Source: Kudoa neothunni
Taxonomy: Eukaryota > Animalia > Cnidaria
Direction of reading: 5' to 3'
Assembly: GCA_964304625.1 (NCBI GenBank)
Contig: OZ199838.1
Location: forward strand, 4,551,354 to 4,615,353
Length of the DNA stretch: 64,000 nucleotides
A program made the position numbers and the translations under genes. Every line of letters starts with the position of its first letter. Position 1 is the stretch's first letter. The notes below the pieces were generated by a model. That model worked only from the letters and a program-made list of their open reading frames with translations, was not told the origin of the DNA and searched no databases. Below are positions 12,290-25,699 of this stretch, piece by piece.

Positions 12290-12392
12290 ATATATTTTGA
12301 GTCACTTACACCTTATCGTATGCAAAAAGGGGGTGTGAATATCCTTTTGCCATCGAATAGGGGCGCAAGTCCATTTTTAGTTGGGGAGAGCC
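12290..12392 (-). repeat. Segment of a hAT MITE family also present at 56252-56408
   Basis: Reverse complement ..CCCCCTTTTTGCATACGATAAGGTGTAAGTGACTCAAAAT aligns with 56311-56350. Confidence 0.6.
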
Positions 12393-13302
12393 GCCATGAA
12401 GGAATGATTAAAGTCACTGCACATTAAACACGATGTAAGATGTACTGGTAGTTTTTAAATTTCTTATAAACTTTGAAAAGGAAACCATACTTTTGTTTAA
12501 TTCCTGAAATTAGCAATTTCATTTTATCATGTGTATCCATTAAGATTAAAATTATATTGACTTTTCAAATCATTTTTAACGTTTTTCGATTTATCCAAAT
12601 TTGCCTACCTGAAAACTGATACTGTTTTCTTAATAATTTTCTACATTTCATTGAATTATTCATTAAGTAAAAATCATGAAATAAAATTAGAACTTTGAAA
12701 GACCTAATTGTTTCACATCTCCAAGCTTTCGAGTTATTATTCCAATAAATATTATGTTATTTTAATACTGAAATTAAATTATATATGGTATCAAAACTGT
12801 ATAGAAATATGGTTTATCTTATGCAATAGGTATTTTTAGAGGTTACACCACTGAATGCGATGCAAAAAATACAGTCCACTCCCATAAAGCTCTTTTCGGT
12901 TTATAAATATTAAATTAATTATTTATTCGATCAAAACAATTATATTACAAGGGTTTCATTAACTTTCGAATAGTTAAATAAATGATAAATTTGTCCGAAA
13001 CAACTGATTAATATATTTATTTTCAAACGAGATAAGTCCTCCGAGAAAAACAATTGACTGTTAACCAGTACTGTACATTTTCGAGAAAAACCAGATTTAT
13101 ATATTGGATTAAATTATATTTCATTAATTTACGCCGTATTAGTTTTTTGAATCGGGCAAGTTTTTTGCTAAAAAATGTTTGATTTATTTAAATTAGAAAA
13201 AATTGTGTAAAAATAACGAAACTATAATTTCACATCCATAGATATCTATTTATGTTTAAATCAGATTAAGATCATACATAAAATCATAAGGAACGAGTAA
13301 TA

Positions 13303-14576
13303 CAGTAGTGTATGAGTCGTACGCAATATGGCCCCAACGCAACTTTTAAAAATCTACTTTTCTACTACTTCTTATTTTGTTGTAATTCAAATTTAAATGG
13401 ATAGTCCAATACAAAATAGATCATATTTCAATAAATAATTTGTTTTCAACAAAATATTAGGGTTGAAAACTTACTGTATAGATCTAATGATAAAATGAAT
13501 CGAGCGCAGCGCTAAATCTGAACTTTGCAAAAAATAATGGATGGAGCGTCAATTTTAGCGAAACAAGACCACTTTACATGACCAAAAAACACGAAGTTAT
13601 AAGGTTTTACGAGTTCATATCATATAATAAAGATTCTAAGTTCCAAACGATGGAAAAATTTGGCAATAAAATATCGCGATAACGAAAAGGTCTAAATGAT
13701 CAATTCCATTTTTTTAATCTTTTCTTGAAAATAGAATAGGAAACTCACTATTTCTAGGAAAAAAAAATATTGTCTAACGTGATACTGCTACTTTTCTTCA
13801 AACACAACCAATGTGCTTCAGCCATTGGATCATGGAATTGTCAAAGTTTTAAAATGATGCACAAAAGAAATCTAATGACGTCATTCATACATCATATCGA
13901 ATTTCAAGATATTGGCTACATTGTAACTAATGCCTTTGATGTTATTCATTTGACAATCAAATTATGAGAATATACTAAAATGGAAACTGTAGTTAACTGC
14001 TTTAGGAAATCAATTTTCCTCTCTGTAAATCTACTAAATGATAATTCCTATGATGTTCCTGATGATGATCAATTTAAACATAACATAATTGGGCTGACTG
14101 AAGTGGACAAATCACTAGAATTAACAAATCATATTGAAGAAACTCTTGTAAGCAACACTGTCGACACCTCTGAAATTTTGACAACAATAGATTTTCCCGA
14201 TTTTGGCATATTTGATGACGACTTTGATTATATTGATAAAATCGTTATATCAAACCGAGAGTAACTATATTAATTAGCAAAAGTTATAAAACTCTAAATA
14301 AAATTTTGTCAATGCTTGACAATATAAACCGAACTTAAAATGGCTGATACAATATTTGAACAATTTTTTCAGAACAAAAAATATAGAACGTAATTTGAAT
14401 AAAAAAAGGTATACAAGTTAATTTTTGCCTTAGATTAAATTATTATTGATTAGATTATCGATTGAAAACTGTTATTTTTCCTCTAACTCATGCGTTCTTC
14501 AATTGTGTCCAGCGCAAAAATGGTTGTAACGCAGTGGTTTTCATCTGCCCAATTTCTGCGTTGCATCCATACACTG
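13303..14576 (+). mobile_element. Tigger/pogo transposon remnant
   Basis: NTTNVLQPLDHGIV (third catalytic D motif) at about 13802-13843 and ETVVNCFRKS. Degenerate TIRs TA|CAGTAGTGTATG.. and ..CATACACTG. Confidence 0.65.
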
Positions 14577-14778
14577 TTGCATTTGGCATTATTCTTTTAT
14601 AAGGATTTGTCTTCAATTTTATATATTTTTCCTTCTATAATTTAAAAACTTATCCTCAATATTATTACCTAATGAATTGATTTGATTAATTTCTATAATT
14701 CAAAAATACAAAAGTTATATTACATTAAGTTACTAATTGTTTTTTGCTAAATTGATTTGTTTTCAGAATTGTTTATGT

Positions 14779-15526
14779 TAGTGGGTGGGCGCAACTTTTG
14801 GTTCTGCGGGCTACATTGGCCCATTACAAAAACTTGGAGGGCCGCATTGTTGATTAAATGTTCTCTGAGAACTTAAATATCTATTGGTGGTTTTTCTAAC
14901 ATTTTTTGTACAATAAAAAAGTTAGTGTATAAATTAATTTAAAAAGGAACTAAATAATTTTTAAAAAATAGGAATTTGGTGATCGGCATACTATTGCAAG
15001 TTTCAATCGGAATAATAGATTTTATCGCTTTTCAAATATGTTAATAAATTAGATTTTTTTAAACTCAGCGAATATAATGGAAAATATGGATATGGTTCTT
15101 ATTGCGTCAAACTTAATTTATGTATGAGTATCGCATGCTCAATTGTTTTTCTGCTATTTAGTTATTTTTAGATTCTTTTTGTTGTTAATTGAATCTCGTG
15201 TACCATTTTTTTCTGAAGTTCATGACGTGATTTTGTTTAAGGGCGTATTAGATCTTATCTCATTCACATTTACATATGGTAATCATAGGTACGGTGAAAG
15301 CATAGGTAAAACATCAAATCAGATAATAAAATCGCGTAAAATTAAAGTTTACAAACCCATAATATTCATCAAAAGGTTGTTTATTTATTTGTTTATGGAA
15401 GGTAAATGGTGACTTGATGTTTCTAGATTTTGAAAACATGTACATGCTCGCGCAATTTTTCAGCCTCATAAACCCCTACGCGGGCCACACAAAATTTCTT
15501 CGAGGGCCGCACTTTGCCCACCACTG
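14779..15526. mobile_element. hAT (Buster/Charlie-type) MITE
   Basis: Termini TAGTGGGTGGGC and GCCCACCACTG, GGGCC subterminal motifs, and a degenerate 8-bp TSD GTTTATGT / ATTCATGT. Confidence 0.65.
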
Positions 15527-16166
15527 ATTCATGTTAATCACAAAAAGTCATTTATTGTCGATTAATTTTAAAATAAAGTTAAAAATAATGATTAATTGTT
15601 TTATATTAATATTATATCAAAAACCCTATTCATAATATGATTAATGTAATTGACTAAAGTTTAGAAAACAGTAAAAGCTTGAAAACCCACCTAAAAAAAC
15701 GAAAAAAAATTTTGTAGTCTCAATCCTCCTATTTCGGTATATTTTAGATTGAGATTAGTTTATTAATAAAAAAACTAAAACTTTAAAAATCCCTACGCTC
15801 ACCGTCAGCCAAAGCTGGGACTCCGCGTATGTTTTTAATAATTTTCTCAGTGTATCATTTATGTATATGGGCAAAATTTAGTATTGTTTGGTAATTCCAA
15901 AATATTGACAATTGGCTACTCATATTCGTTACATATTCACGGATACGAAGCATTTAAAGGATACTAATAGTTTTGAGATTTTTTGAACTTAGTACAACAT
16001 ATTAAGTTAAAACTTATTGTAGGGCCTATAAATAATATTTAAAATGAATCATTGTGTTAGTATAGAAGCAGAATTTTCAAATAATACAAATCATCCTGGT
16101 TTCTAAGACAAACAATTTATTAGCTGAGAGAGATGCTAACGTATCTAACTTTAATAGTTTGATGCA

Positions 16167-18335
16167 TTACAAGTGTACAATGGGTCGATGACGACGTCTG
16201 TTTCTTTTGAATGATACCGAAAAATGTATTAGCATTAATACCACAGTAGAGGATACTGAAACAATAATTATAATTATTGTGGCCAACGCTGCTTTGGAAT
16301 TCATTCGATAACAAAGAAGTAAACCATAAGGTTGTCCGCATCCGCGTAAATTATTTCTTGAATGATCTTCTATCGAATATTCCATAAAACCAACATATTC
16401 CACTAACCAATCCGTATTTTTGTCCTATATACGATAAAATCAAATAACTTAAAAATAACTCGAATATATACGTATAGAAGTAAGTCACATTCGCCGTTGT
16501 ACACTTCTAGTTTGGTTGAAATATAGTCAAGAAGAATGTAATAATACAATCTTTTAAAAATGTCCTAAATAAAATTGTTATTTAGGATTTGAAAGTTAAT
16601 TCCACTTTCGTATCTAGTGAGTTTTCACTTAGACTTCCTTTAACGTCAGATTGTAGGTCGTCAACGTCGCTGAACAACCAGTTAAGGTATTCTACGTAAT
16701 AATTATACACCTATAATTAAAGTTATCAAAGAGTGAATAAAACATTATATAGTTTTACTGCAAAATGGTTTTTGTTGGACTTGATCGGAAAACTCGAATT
16801 AAGAAAATCATCGACTTCATTGCTCCAGGGATACTCGTCATTTCTTCTCAACATAACTTCCTTAATTAAGTCGACGCAAGTATCAAAACTCAGGTCTTTT
16901 TTTAATTTTATTTGTTCCACACTCATTCCATTCTCTTCTGCCCAAGTAAATATTTTCTCGTTGTACGGTTCTCGCGATATTACGAAATTCTCATCTTCTG
17001 TGGTGCAGGGAGATGTGATTTCAACGACGTTTGTTTCCTTGTTCATTACGTAATTCTTATCCTAATTTGAAAAATTGTATAATTAATATATTTGTTCTCG
17101 CTTGTGACTGAACTACTATCAATATTTTAAGTATTGTTTTCGACAGTGCATATTCATAGCCCATGTGTTTTAGGTATTTAGAAAATAGTATGTGCTGTTT
17201 TCCATTAGTGGTGTATGTAGTAACGTCTGGGCTAGTGACATCTTTGTGAGTGAGATACACAATTGAGAATACGTTAGCGTCCAATAATACATACCCATAA
17301 TCATCGTACCACTAAAAAATGAACATATATATAGAAACATTAACCTATGTCTATGTTTATTGTTGTGTCCATTTTTAGAATGGTTTATACTACCATGTGT
17401 ATTTAGAATTTACTTTGGATTATCATAAAACGAGATATATATTATTTAATATAAATCAGCACATTTGAAAATTAGACATACTTTTAAATTACTATTAAAG
17501 TTGACAGAAATGTAACGGAAAAACATAATATCAGAGGGTGACAACTTCGAATATGAAATCGACACGAGTATATTATTGTGGATGGTAACGTTACGAGTAT
17601 TAACACCAAAACGTTTCCAAGAGTCATAATGTTTGTTTTGTTTCCTACATATTTTAGTTTGATGCATTAAACATTAGGACACATTTGTAGTACTTAAGTT
17701 CAAAATTTTGGTTATATGTCATCACAAAAACATTAATATTTTTGATTATTGAATCAATTAAAATGTGTTTCAAACAATCATCTTCAAGAGTGATATTTGA
17801 ATCGGCAGAATCGATCGTATCTTCATGACATTAAGACCACTGTGTATTTTAGCTTGGTGGCTATCGCGAGGAGAAAAATATGTGACGATTTCAATTTAAA
17901 TAGTTTTGCCTACTAAAGTGAGAGACAATGGATGAAATTGATAAAGATATACATCCTAAAAATAACATCTTATGTATTTATAATAGTAAGTTGTTGGAAT
18001 TAGAAAAACTCGTTATGCCTGCGTATTTTTCTTTTCGTCTTAGATTGATCCCACTGGTGCGATAGCCACTGCCAGATAAAAGATAATCAATTTATTACTT
18101 GGACACTCGCCACCATCTCCAGTAGTACATCCATAGTTGTAAACATAGCTGGAACCTCTTGCACAGGTGTAATACGAATATTTAAAAGTACTGTCTTCTG
18201 TGTAAAGCAATATATTCTATGTCGTTTTGTAATAAACATAAATCATTCTAATAGATTTACTTTATTTGGTTTTCCAACTTTTAAAACCAATAAATAGACC
18301 CACAAAATCGAAAAATTGAAATAATACAACGTCAT
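16167..18335 (-). CDS. Orphan multi-exon type-I membrane protein (signal peptide, ectodomain, C-terminal TM, basic tail); possibly pseudogenising
   Basis: Exon 1 is MTLYYFNFSILWVYLLVLKVG. Exon 2 is Cys/Gly-rich (YTCARGSSYVYNYGCTTGDGGECP). The last five exons (17311-16167) splice in one frame through short GT-AG introns and end ALATIIIIIVSVSSTVVLMLIHFSVSFKRNRRRHRPIVHL*. Apparent in-frame stops near 17832 and about 17410. Confidence 0.6.
17853..18073. mobile_element. MULE-family MITE in intron 2 of the orphan TM gene
   Basis: Inverted ends GTGGCTATCGC and GCGATAGCCACTGCC. The terminus matches the GGCAGTGGCTAT TIR of the MULE at 19367. No TSD found. Confidence 0.55.
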
Positions 18336-18606
18336 CGAACATCTACACGATACTTTATTATCAAGGTGAATTATCAATTGAATGCGGCCATTTTCACTCT
18401 TAAATGATAGATTATTTCTGAATAATAATTCATTTCGTAAAAGTATTTAATAAATATATTTTATAAATAAAAATAAGTTAATTTAATCATAAATTAAGCA
18501 CATTTTATTTAAATTTTTGATATCACGCTAAATTAATGTCATTATAAATAGGCTTATCTTTATTATAAGTTGTAGGCTAATAACAATGAAATATCTGGAT
18601 TTTATT

Positions 18607-19110
18607 TCAATTATTTATATTAATGCTTTTTTTAATTATCTGTTGACGAAATTTTACTACTATTATTACATTACAGAGAAACTTTACGCAAAAATCTAAA
18701 CTAGCAAATTTTTTTACAATAGCAGTATATTTGCGGCACGTCCGACCTAAAACTTTATTAAATACGCCAATAACAAGTATCTTGATATTTATCCTGACTT
18801 TTAGATTAATATCCATACGTTTTAATGTGATGAAACATGAGAAAAGCCACATTGTAATATTGCACGACTTTTGTTGAGGGATTTTTATCACTGGCTGATT
18901 GCTTAATATCTTGTTATCATTAAAAACCTTACAAAAGACTTCTTTTTGTATAATATCGGCTGACAAACGAACATCCATTGCATTTTTTCGCGTTTGCTTA
19001 ATTATTTCCCAATTTAAATTATAACTTACTACGTTGAACCATGTTATGCGTGGGTAGCCGTCTGCCGTACTAGAAAAATCTCCCATACATGTCTCCTCAA
19101 TTCTGTTTTT
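18607..19110 (-). pseudogene. Degraded hAT (Ac/ZBED-like) transposase fragment
   Basis: FSSTADGY..NLNWEII..LSADIIQKEVFCKVFNDNKI..SCFITLK..VLGRTCRK follows the hAT order S.T.DGW / W.L / HT...I / CFAHTL / L.KCRK. Confidence 0.45.
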
Positions 19111-19366
19111 AGCTTTTCGCGGGAAAATGTGATTAAAATAGTTACCAAATTCGCGAAAAAATATATTGCAGAACCGTCTAATTATAATAATTATTGATTG
19201 CGTAAATTATGTATCCTATAATTTATCTATACTTCTTTTATATTTAATCGATATTTATTTTGAAATTTGTTTCATTCAAACATTTTTTCCTATCCGCATT
19301 TATATCTGAAATAGAGCTGTCGTCGAATACGATCAGTCTATCAAATTATTATCTGGTTTAAAAATA

Positions 19367-22300
19367 GGCAGTGGCTATTGACACGCTAATGAATTTCTCA
19401 AAATTCTTTAATTATTTGTATCTCTGCTACTCATTAATTTTTTAATCATAATTATTCCTAAATAATTTTTAAATTTCCTGTTAAATACTCATCGTTGAAT
19501 TTTCCACATGTAAATGCTGACGTAATCAAGGAATATTGGACCGTTAAAGCATATATAAAGTTAGATAATGTTAACTATAGAAGTTATAATGCTTGAAGAT
19601 GAAATTTATTTCAAATTTTCAAGGTTGGTTATTATCATAATGAAAAGGTAAGCGGTGTTTAGGCATCAAGACCTCATGGCTTAAAATCACTGATGTCTGC
19701 CAAATTAATTAGTAATACAAACATATAACCCAATATTTAATTTCGTTTATATATCAAATAATTTATTCTGTTTAATGTTTATTAAGTCGTATCTAACAAC
19801 TCATGACACTTCATATTGTTAGTTTTTTTTCAAATATAATTCATTAACTATCAGGTCGAATGTAAATTACTTAGCTGAAAAGAAATATTTAAGTTTTACA
19901 CAGATAACTCCTGCGCAAACAAGTGCGATGGAGGATAACATAGGAACTGATATTTTTGAAGTGGGTAAAAAGTTTACCTCATTTAAGCATCTTAGAGATT
20001 CCATAAAATTATACGAACAGAAGACTTACAGCAACCTAATGACGCGAGATTCCAAAAAAATTAGCAATATCAAGCGAATTCTCATTAAAGCGTTCAATGA
20101 GGATTTAATCTATTATTCAATAAAATATGTATGCTATTTTAGCAATCAGTATCGATACCGATCAAAAGGTATAAGACAATGTCAGACTTTAAAAGGAAAC
20201 TGTCCGGTTCGTGTATCCTTGAGTATTAGTCCCGATGGACAAACACTTAAAGTGAAATCCTTGAATTTGGATCATAATCACGAAAGAAATGAAACTTTTT
20301 TCAGTTATTTGCCACCGCAGCGTAAATTGGATAAGAATAAAGATTTAATATCAGAGTTAGTTTTTTTGGGAGTCAACAAAAAATTGCTGCAATCTAAAAT
20401 CCAACAAGAGACCGGGAAAAAAATTACATTGAAATCAATACACAATTCCAAAATAAATATGTCGAATAAAATAAATGATATCAACTATATTCATCAATTG
20501 TTCATCGTTGATTATAATTGTGATGTGAGAATATTGGCTGACGAAAACAATCAAGTTAATGCAATATTACTCCTGGATGATGAAATGAAGAAGGTTTTTT
20601 CTTTTTTCCCAGAGCTACTTTTAGTTGATGCAACCTACAAACTACTAGATTCACGGTAATTTTTACGAATGTTATCTTGTTTTATTTGACCTATTTTTAT
20701 TAATGTTTATCTCCTTATATTGTAGTGCTCCCCTGTATCTAACGGTTTCAGAAGATTCTATGGGTTTATCTCATGTAAGTAGTGCCTGCATTATGTATGA
20801 GGAAACTGAAGCTGTTACCAACTGGTATATCGATGAACTAATATCAATTGTACCGTGGATAACACAATCAGTACTGTCCATTGTTACTGATAAGGATTTA
20901 AAACTTCGTAAAGCTCTGAAAAATCATTTTACTAATTCTACATTAATTCTCTGTAAATTTCATGTAATACAGACGTTCCAGCGACAATTGAGACTTGCTA
21001 AATATAAGATAAAAAATGAAGTCAAAGATAATATTTTAGATATTATTAGAAAAATGATGTTTTCGAAAAACGAAGAGCAATACCAAATCTTACTTGCTGA
21101 ACTATACAATCACAAATATGAAGACTTCAACGATTATTTCAGAAAAAATTGGGACCCAATTCGGTCACAATGGATAATTTCTTTGAGTGATGCGAGACAC
21201 TATTACGGCAACCTAACAAACAATAGATTGGCATGCCTCAACTCCAAATTAAAGACCACCATTAAAAAATTTTCTAGATTAGATGAATTCTTTGAGAAAT
21301 TTTTCACCGTTTTAAATTCTCTAAGAAGAGAAAGGACATGCCATATTGTGACATCATTTTCTTTTAAACTAATAACCAAAGAAATTAAAAAAATGGGAGA
21401 TAAATTTAATGTTGGAATAGAGTATGACTCCACTTCAAATTCTTGTACGTGCCCCTTCTATCGTTCTTACCAATTGCCCTGCCAACACATATTCGCTCTG
21501 ACTTAAATTATTGATGCCCCTGTTCGAACCCCAACTGTGTCATTTAAGATGGAGAAAAGATCATATTTCAAAATTTATTAAAGAAAATACTAAAATAAAT
21601 ACAGTAAAAAAACAATTTAACAGGGTCTATAGTAAAAAAGAAGAATTCGGAAAACCTCTCAACTTTTTCCAAGCGAATGAAAACCGCTAATGTGTATACA
21701 GACAAATTAGCAACAATTGCTGCGGAATATTGTGGTGAATATTTCAACTGCTGTGTGGAATATTTTCGAATCTCAGAAAGAATAATTAAAAGCCATAACC
21801 TAGTCGGTTTAAAGAAATTAATAAGTATACATTATTATCTACTAACATAATGATTATTTTTAGAGTCAGCAAAGATTCTTGATTCATCCACAGAATGCAA
21901 TGTAGATACGGATATAGTCGAGTCACCATCCCCTTGTAAGAGTGATAACTCTTTAAACCTATTTACAGATGTTAATTATACTAAATTAGGTGAGAATGCA
22001 AATGTCATAAAGGGCTTGTCTGAAAGTAACCACCAGCCCGAAACATGTGTAGTCTCCATATCACCAATTAAACTAAAGGAAACTCCCGAATCTTCGCAGC
22101 CCCAAAATGACTCAACTGGTGACAAGTCTACAGAATGTTTGGGAATAAAAGGTTTGCATCTTCTTTTATTGTAATAATTATTATTTAGATCTTATATTGC
22201 CCAAAAAAGTAAAAGAAGTTGGGAGACCCAGAGGATACGGATTAACCGCTCTTAAATGGTCAAGAAAACGATCTAAAAATTGAAAATTTATCAAAATAAA

Positions 22301-22685
22301 TAAAACAATATAATCAAATTCAGATTATCTATTCTATAATGATTATGTTGATTTACATATCAAAGCTTACTCTATTCGCAACCCAATTACATGATATTAT
22401 CAACTAAAACTTCTCTTCTGTAATTAAAAGGAACTTATTTTATTTCAAAAAAAGTTAATATTATCTCAATTAAATGTTTAAATGCGCCTTGGAACCTTAT
22501 ATAGTCGCATTAAGGATGGAAAATACCAAAATCTACGCTCATAGGTATAATATTAATATTCAATATTTTTTATCATAAGTTTCAAATCTTGTATGAAAAA
22601 ATGTACTAATTAATACTAGAAATTTACTAATGTAAAATATCTAATGATTGCCGAGAAATTCATTAGCGTGTCAATAGCCACTGCC
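19367..22685 (+). mobile_element. Mutator/MULE DNA transposon, full length, with SWIM-domain transposase (disabled)
   Basis: Perfect 33-bp TIRs GGCAGTGGCTATTGACACGCTAATGAATTTCTC and a perfect 9-bp TSD TTAAAAATA (19358-19366, 22686-22694). Confidence 0.95.
19928..22283 (+). pseudogene. MULE transposase (FAR1-like DBD, DDE core, SWIM Zn finger) with introns 20656-20725, 21825-21863, 22152-22188
   Basis: CPVRV..HNH, LLVDATY, VTDKD, CKFH, TNNRLAC (Ala in place of the catalytic Glu of NNRLES), CTCPFYRSYQLPCQH, C-terminal GRPRG. Premature TAA at 21504-21506. Confidence 0.88.
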
Positions 22686-23703
22686 TTAAAAATATATTAC
22701 TCAAAGTTGTGGTTCGTTTTCCATGGCCACAAAAAATTTCTACCTAGAACAATTGGACACATTTTTAGAGCTTAAAAAGAGTTTACTGTCAAGCATTTGT
22801 TTGAATCCACTAATTCATAAGAAAATAGAAATACTTGATATGGGAATTTTCGTTTCATTCATAAAATTTACGAATATCTGTACATGTAAACCGATAATGG
22901 CATCATAAATTATTGGATATTTAACCCTCTATTGCAAGGCTTTCCGACTGAGGGAAAACTGTTGTTGGGAATCCTAAACCCATACACTGGGTAAAGACAG
23001 AATTACTTAGCTAAAAATGCGCTGAACGTAATGCACCACCGGTTCTAGGAAGTGGCTATTGGCACGGATCATAATATCCAGGTAGGTATAATTAAATACA
23101 GGAGATTCTAAAAAATAAACTTTATAGATCAACTATAAATAAGATATTCCGGGATTAAAAATGTACACCGCGCACGCGTACTTGCCATATGGGATTAAAA
23201 AATTTCGCATCAATAGCAAGTGCCCCGATTTTACGTGCTTGGGATCTTTTCCCAGAAGTGTATATATATGCAATTCGTGCACAACGAACATAAAATAAGT
23301 CTGGCAAACAGCTAAGTCATGTGATGAATCTAACTAAAAATCAATTCACGTTTTCAATATAATATTTTTTATTTATACATGTTTAAAAAATTACATGATT
23401 CAAATTATAAATAGTCATAAATAAAAAATCCTCTATTCAATATAAAATATAAACCGATTAATAAATGCTTTAGAATAAGATTAAATTATTAGAAATGACA
23501 TCAAATATTTTTATATAAACTTAAAAACAAGCAATAATTCATTTCTTTTATTCATTTGATTTAAGTTTTTGTTATTCAAATTAAACTTAATTCACATCCA
23601 AAAATTATATAAACAACAAAGTTAAACGAAACATCTCGTCACATTTGTATTCGTTACTTTTATTTTTAAGTTTCATATTAAAACAAAAAACTACATCAAC
23701 CAA

Positions 23704-25699
23704 CAGGGCTGCCAGTGCTTGGGTTTTTTATGATCGCCTTGGGTTCTTGGGGGTTTCCTTCATTTGTTGAAACATCTTGGGTTTTTAATGACATGTTCTA
23801 TTCAGATTATACCATGCAGCAGCGCTTTCTAACTAAAATTGGACTCGCACCCCATTTGATGACAAAACGAAATTCGTGCGCGCTTGAATAAGATAAGGTG
23901 TAACTGACCCAAAATTTCTCGAAAAATATTTTCTATTGTAGTCGTACCTTGCATCCTCCCAACCCCATAGTACACACCTCTTAGGGTTAGGGATGAAAGG
24001 ACCGCTGCTATGCAGGGTTTAAACATTTACGACATTGAACGATGGCACATTTGATTATTTAACGCTACACGAATACATCATTACTCGGTAAACATTGTCG
24101 CACATTGTTAGAAAATTTAAACGTTATTTCAAACTATATCTTGAATTATGAAGTAATTAATTGTGAGTATATCGATCTTTATTAGTCATTAATTTGGATG
24201 AGTGTTCGTGTCAAAACATTGCAATAACACGACGATAAATTTAAGTTTAATATCTGAAGACGTAATTATAGAATGGGGAGAAGGTTAAAGACTTTAATAG
24301 ATTCGATTCTATTTTTTATTGTACTTTAATCCTCCAAGTATAATTGGGTCTTTTGGACCCCAGGCGACATTAATTATCAATGATCTACCACATTAACGTG
24401 TGAGAAATTTTTGGCGGTCAGTCTATTCTTCTAGAACGTTCTGTGATAAAATTCAATTAATTACAAAACTTTTTCATTCCGTAGAAAAAAGTTAATGCAA
24501 AAACACCCTCCAAGTAAAATTGAGGTCTTTTGGATCCCAGGATTTTTTTTCTTCTAATTGTTCAATATATTTATTTAAGTGTTTGGGGAAACTTTGAAAA
24601 AGTTATATCGAGTAAATATATTTTTATTGCATGAATATCATATCTAAATCTGCATTGCGCAATAATTATTTTCAATGGTGTGTTCAAGTGACCTTGATAA
24701 TAATTACTGATACCGAGTCTTCAGATTAACTTTCTTCGTTTCATGATTATTTATTGTCAGAAAAATTCGATATTGATACAGATATACAACTTAACTCATT
24801 AATAGAGGAAAACGGAACGTTATGGTTGATGAATCCGCCGTTGGCATCTAGAACTTGTGTTGCAAATATTATGAACGGTCGTCCTGGTGTCTCTCTATTT
24901 TTATTACAAAATACAATTGATACTTTCAGAATAATATTTAGTTCTGTTATGTACGCCATTATTTTAAAATATACCAGTACATGGGTGGAAAAACTTTTGG
25001 TGATAGATGGATCGAATTGGATGGGTTCATTAGCTGTTTATTTCTGATGGGATACCACAGGGATAATCGAGAATCGGTTAAAGAGATATTTGGGAGAGAA
25101 GATGGAAAGATATATCGTGATTTAGTCTCATTACATAAATTTCTCCAAATAATGCGAGTTTCACATTTTGATGGTATGGAAAGTATTGGAGTAACAAAAT
25201 AATCCGGAAATTTTTGCCATGTTGGTGAACTACGGCATCTTTAGGTGGATTTTTTACGCGTCATTTCCGCCCTAATGAACATTTCAAGAGTATCTATGTT
25301 ACTTGTTTATGCAATAGTATATGCCAGGATTATGATATTTTTGATCACTTTAAGCGAAAATTAAATAAAGAATTAATTTTACTAAATGGGCTGAATTTTG
25401 AGTTATATTTGTAGAAAATATGCAATCTCAAAAGTAATACATACGCTGTGATTAAAATATTTCTTTATCATTCACACATGCGCACACAATATTACATGAT
25501 GTCATTTATGAAACTACTGAATATATAATCTTTCAAATATTTTAAAAACTTCTAAAAATACATATTATAATTTTTTCAAATATTTTATGAAACAAAAACG
25601 TGGGGTCTTTTGGACCCCAATTATACTTGGAGGGTGTAAATTTTCATGTGACTTATAAGGTTAAACTAATGTTTTTCTTAAACTCCGCTGGCAGCCCTG
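23704..25699. mobile_element. TIR element with 8-bp TSD (hAT- or P-like), nested in the MULE
   Basis: Perfect 12-bp TIR CAGGGCTGCCAG / CTGGCAGCCCTG, TSD TCAACCAA / ACAACCAA (7/8), and TTGGG subterminal repeats. Confidence 0.75.
24330..25634 (+). mobile_element. piggyBac remnant with internal deletion
   Basis: Termini TTAA|TCCTCCAAGTATAATTGGG.. and ..CCCCAATTATACTTGGAGGG, with an internal TIR copy near 24505. PGBD-like fragments ELDGFISCLFLMG..KFLQIMRVSHFD. Confidence 0.8.

Noticed and set aside
23829-24026. Possible mariner transposase fragment on the minus strand
   Set aside because: Only a vague resemblance to mariner motifs; too degraded to support.
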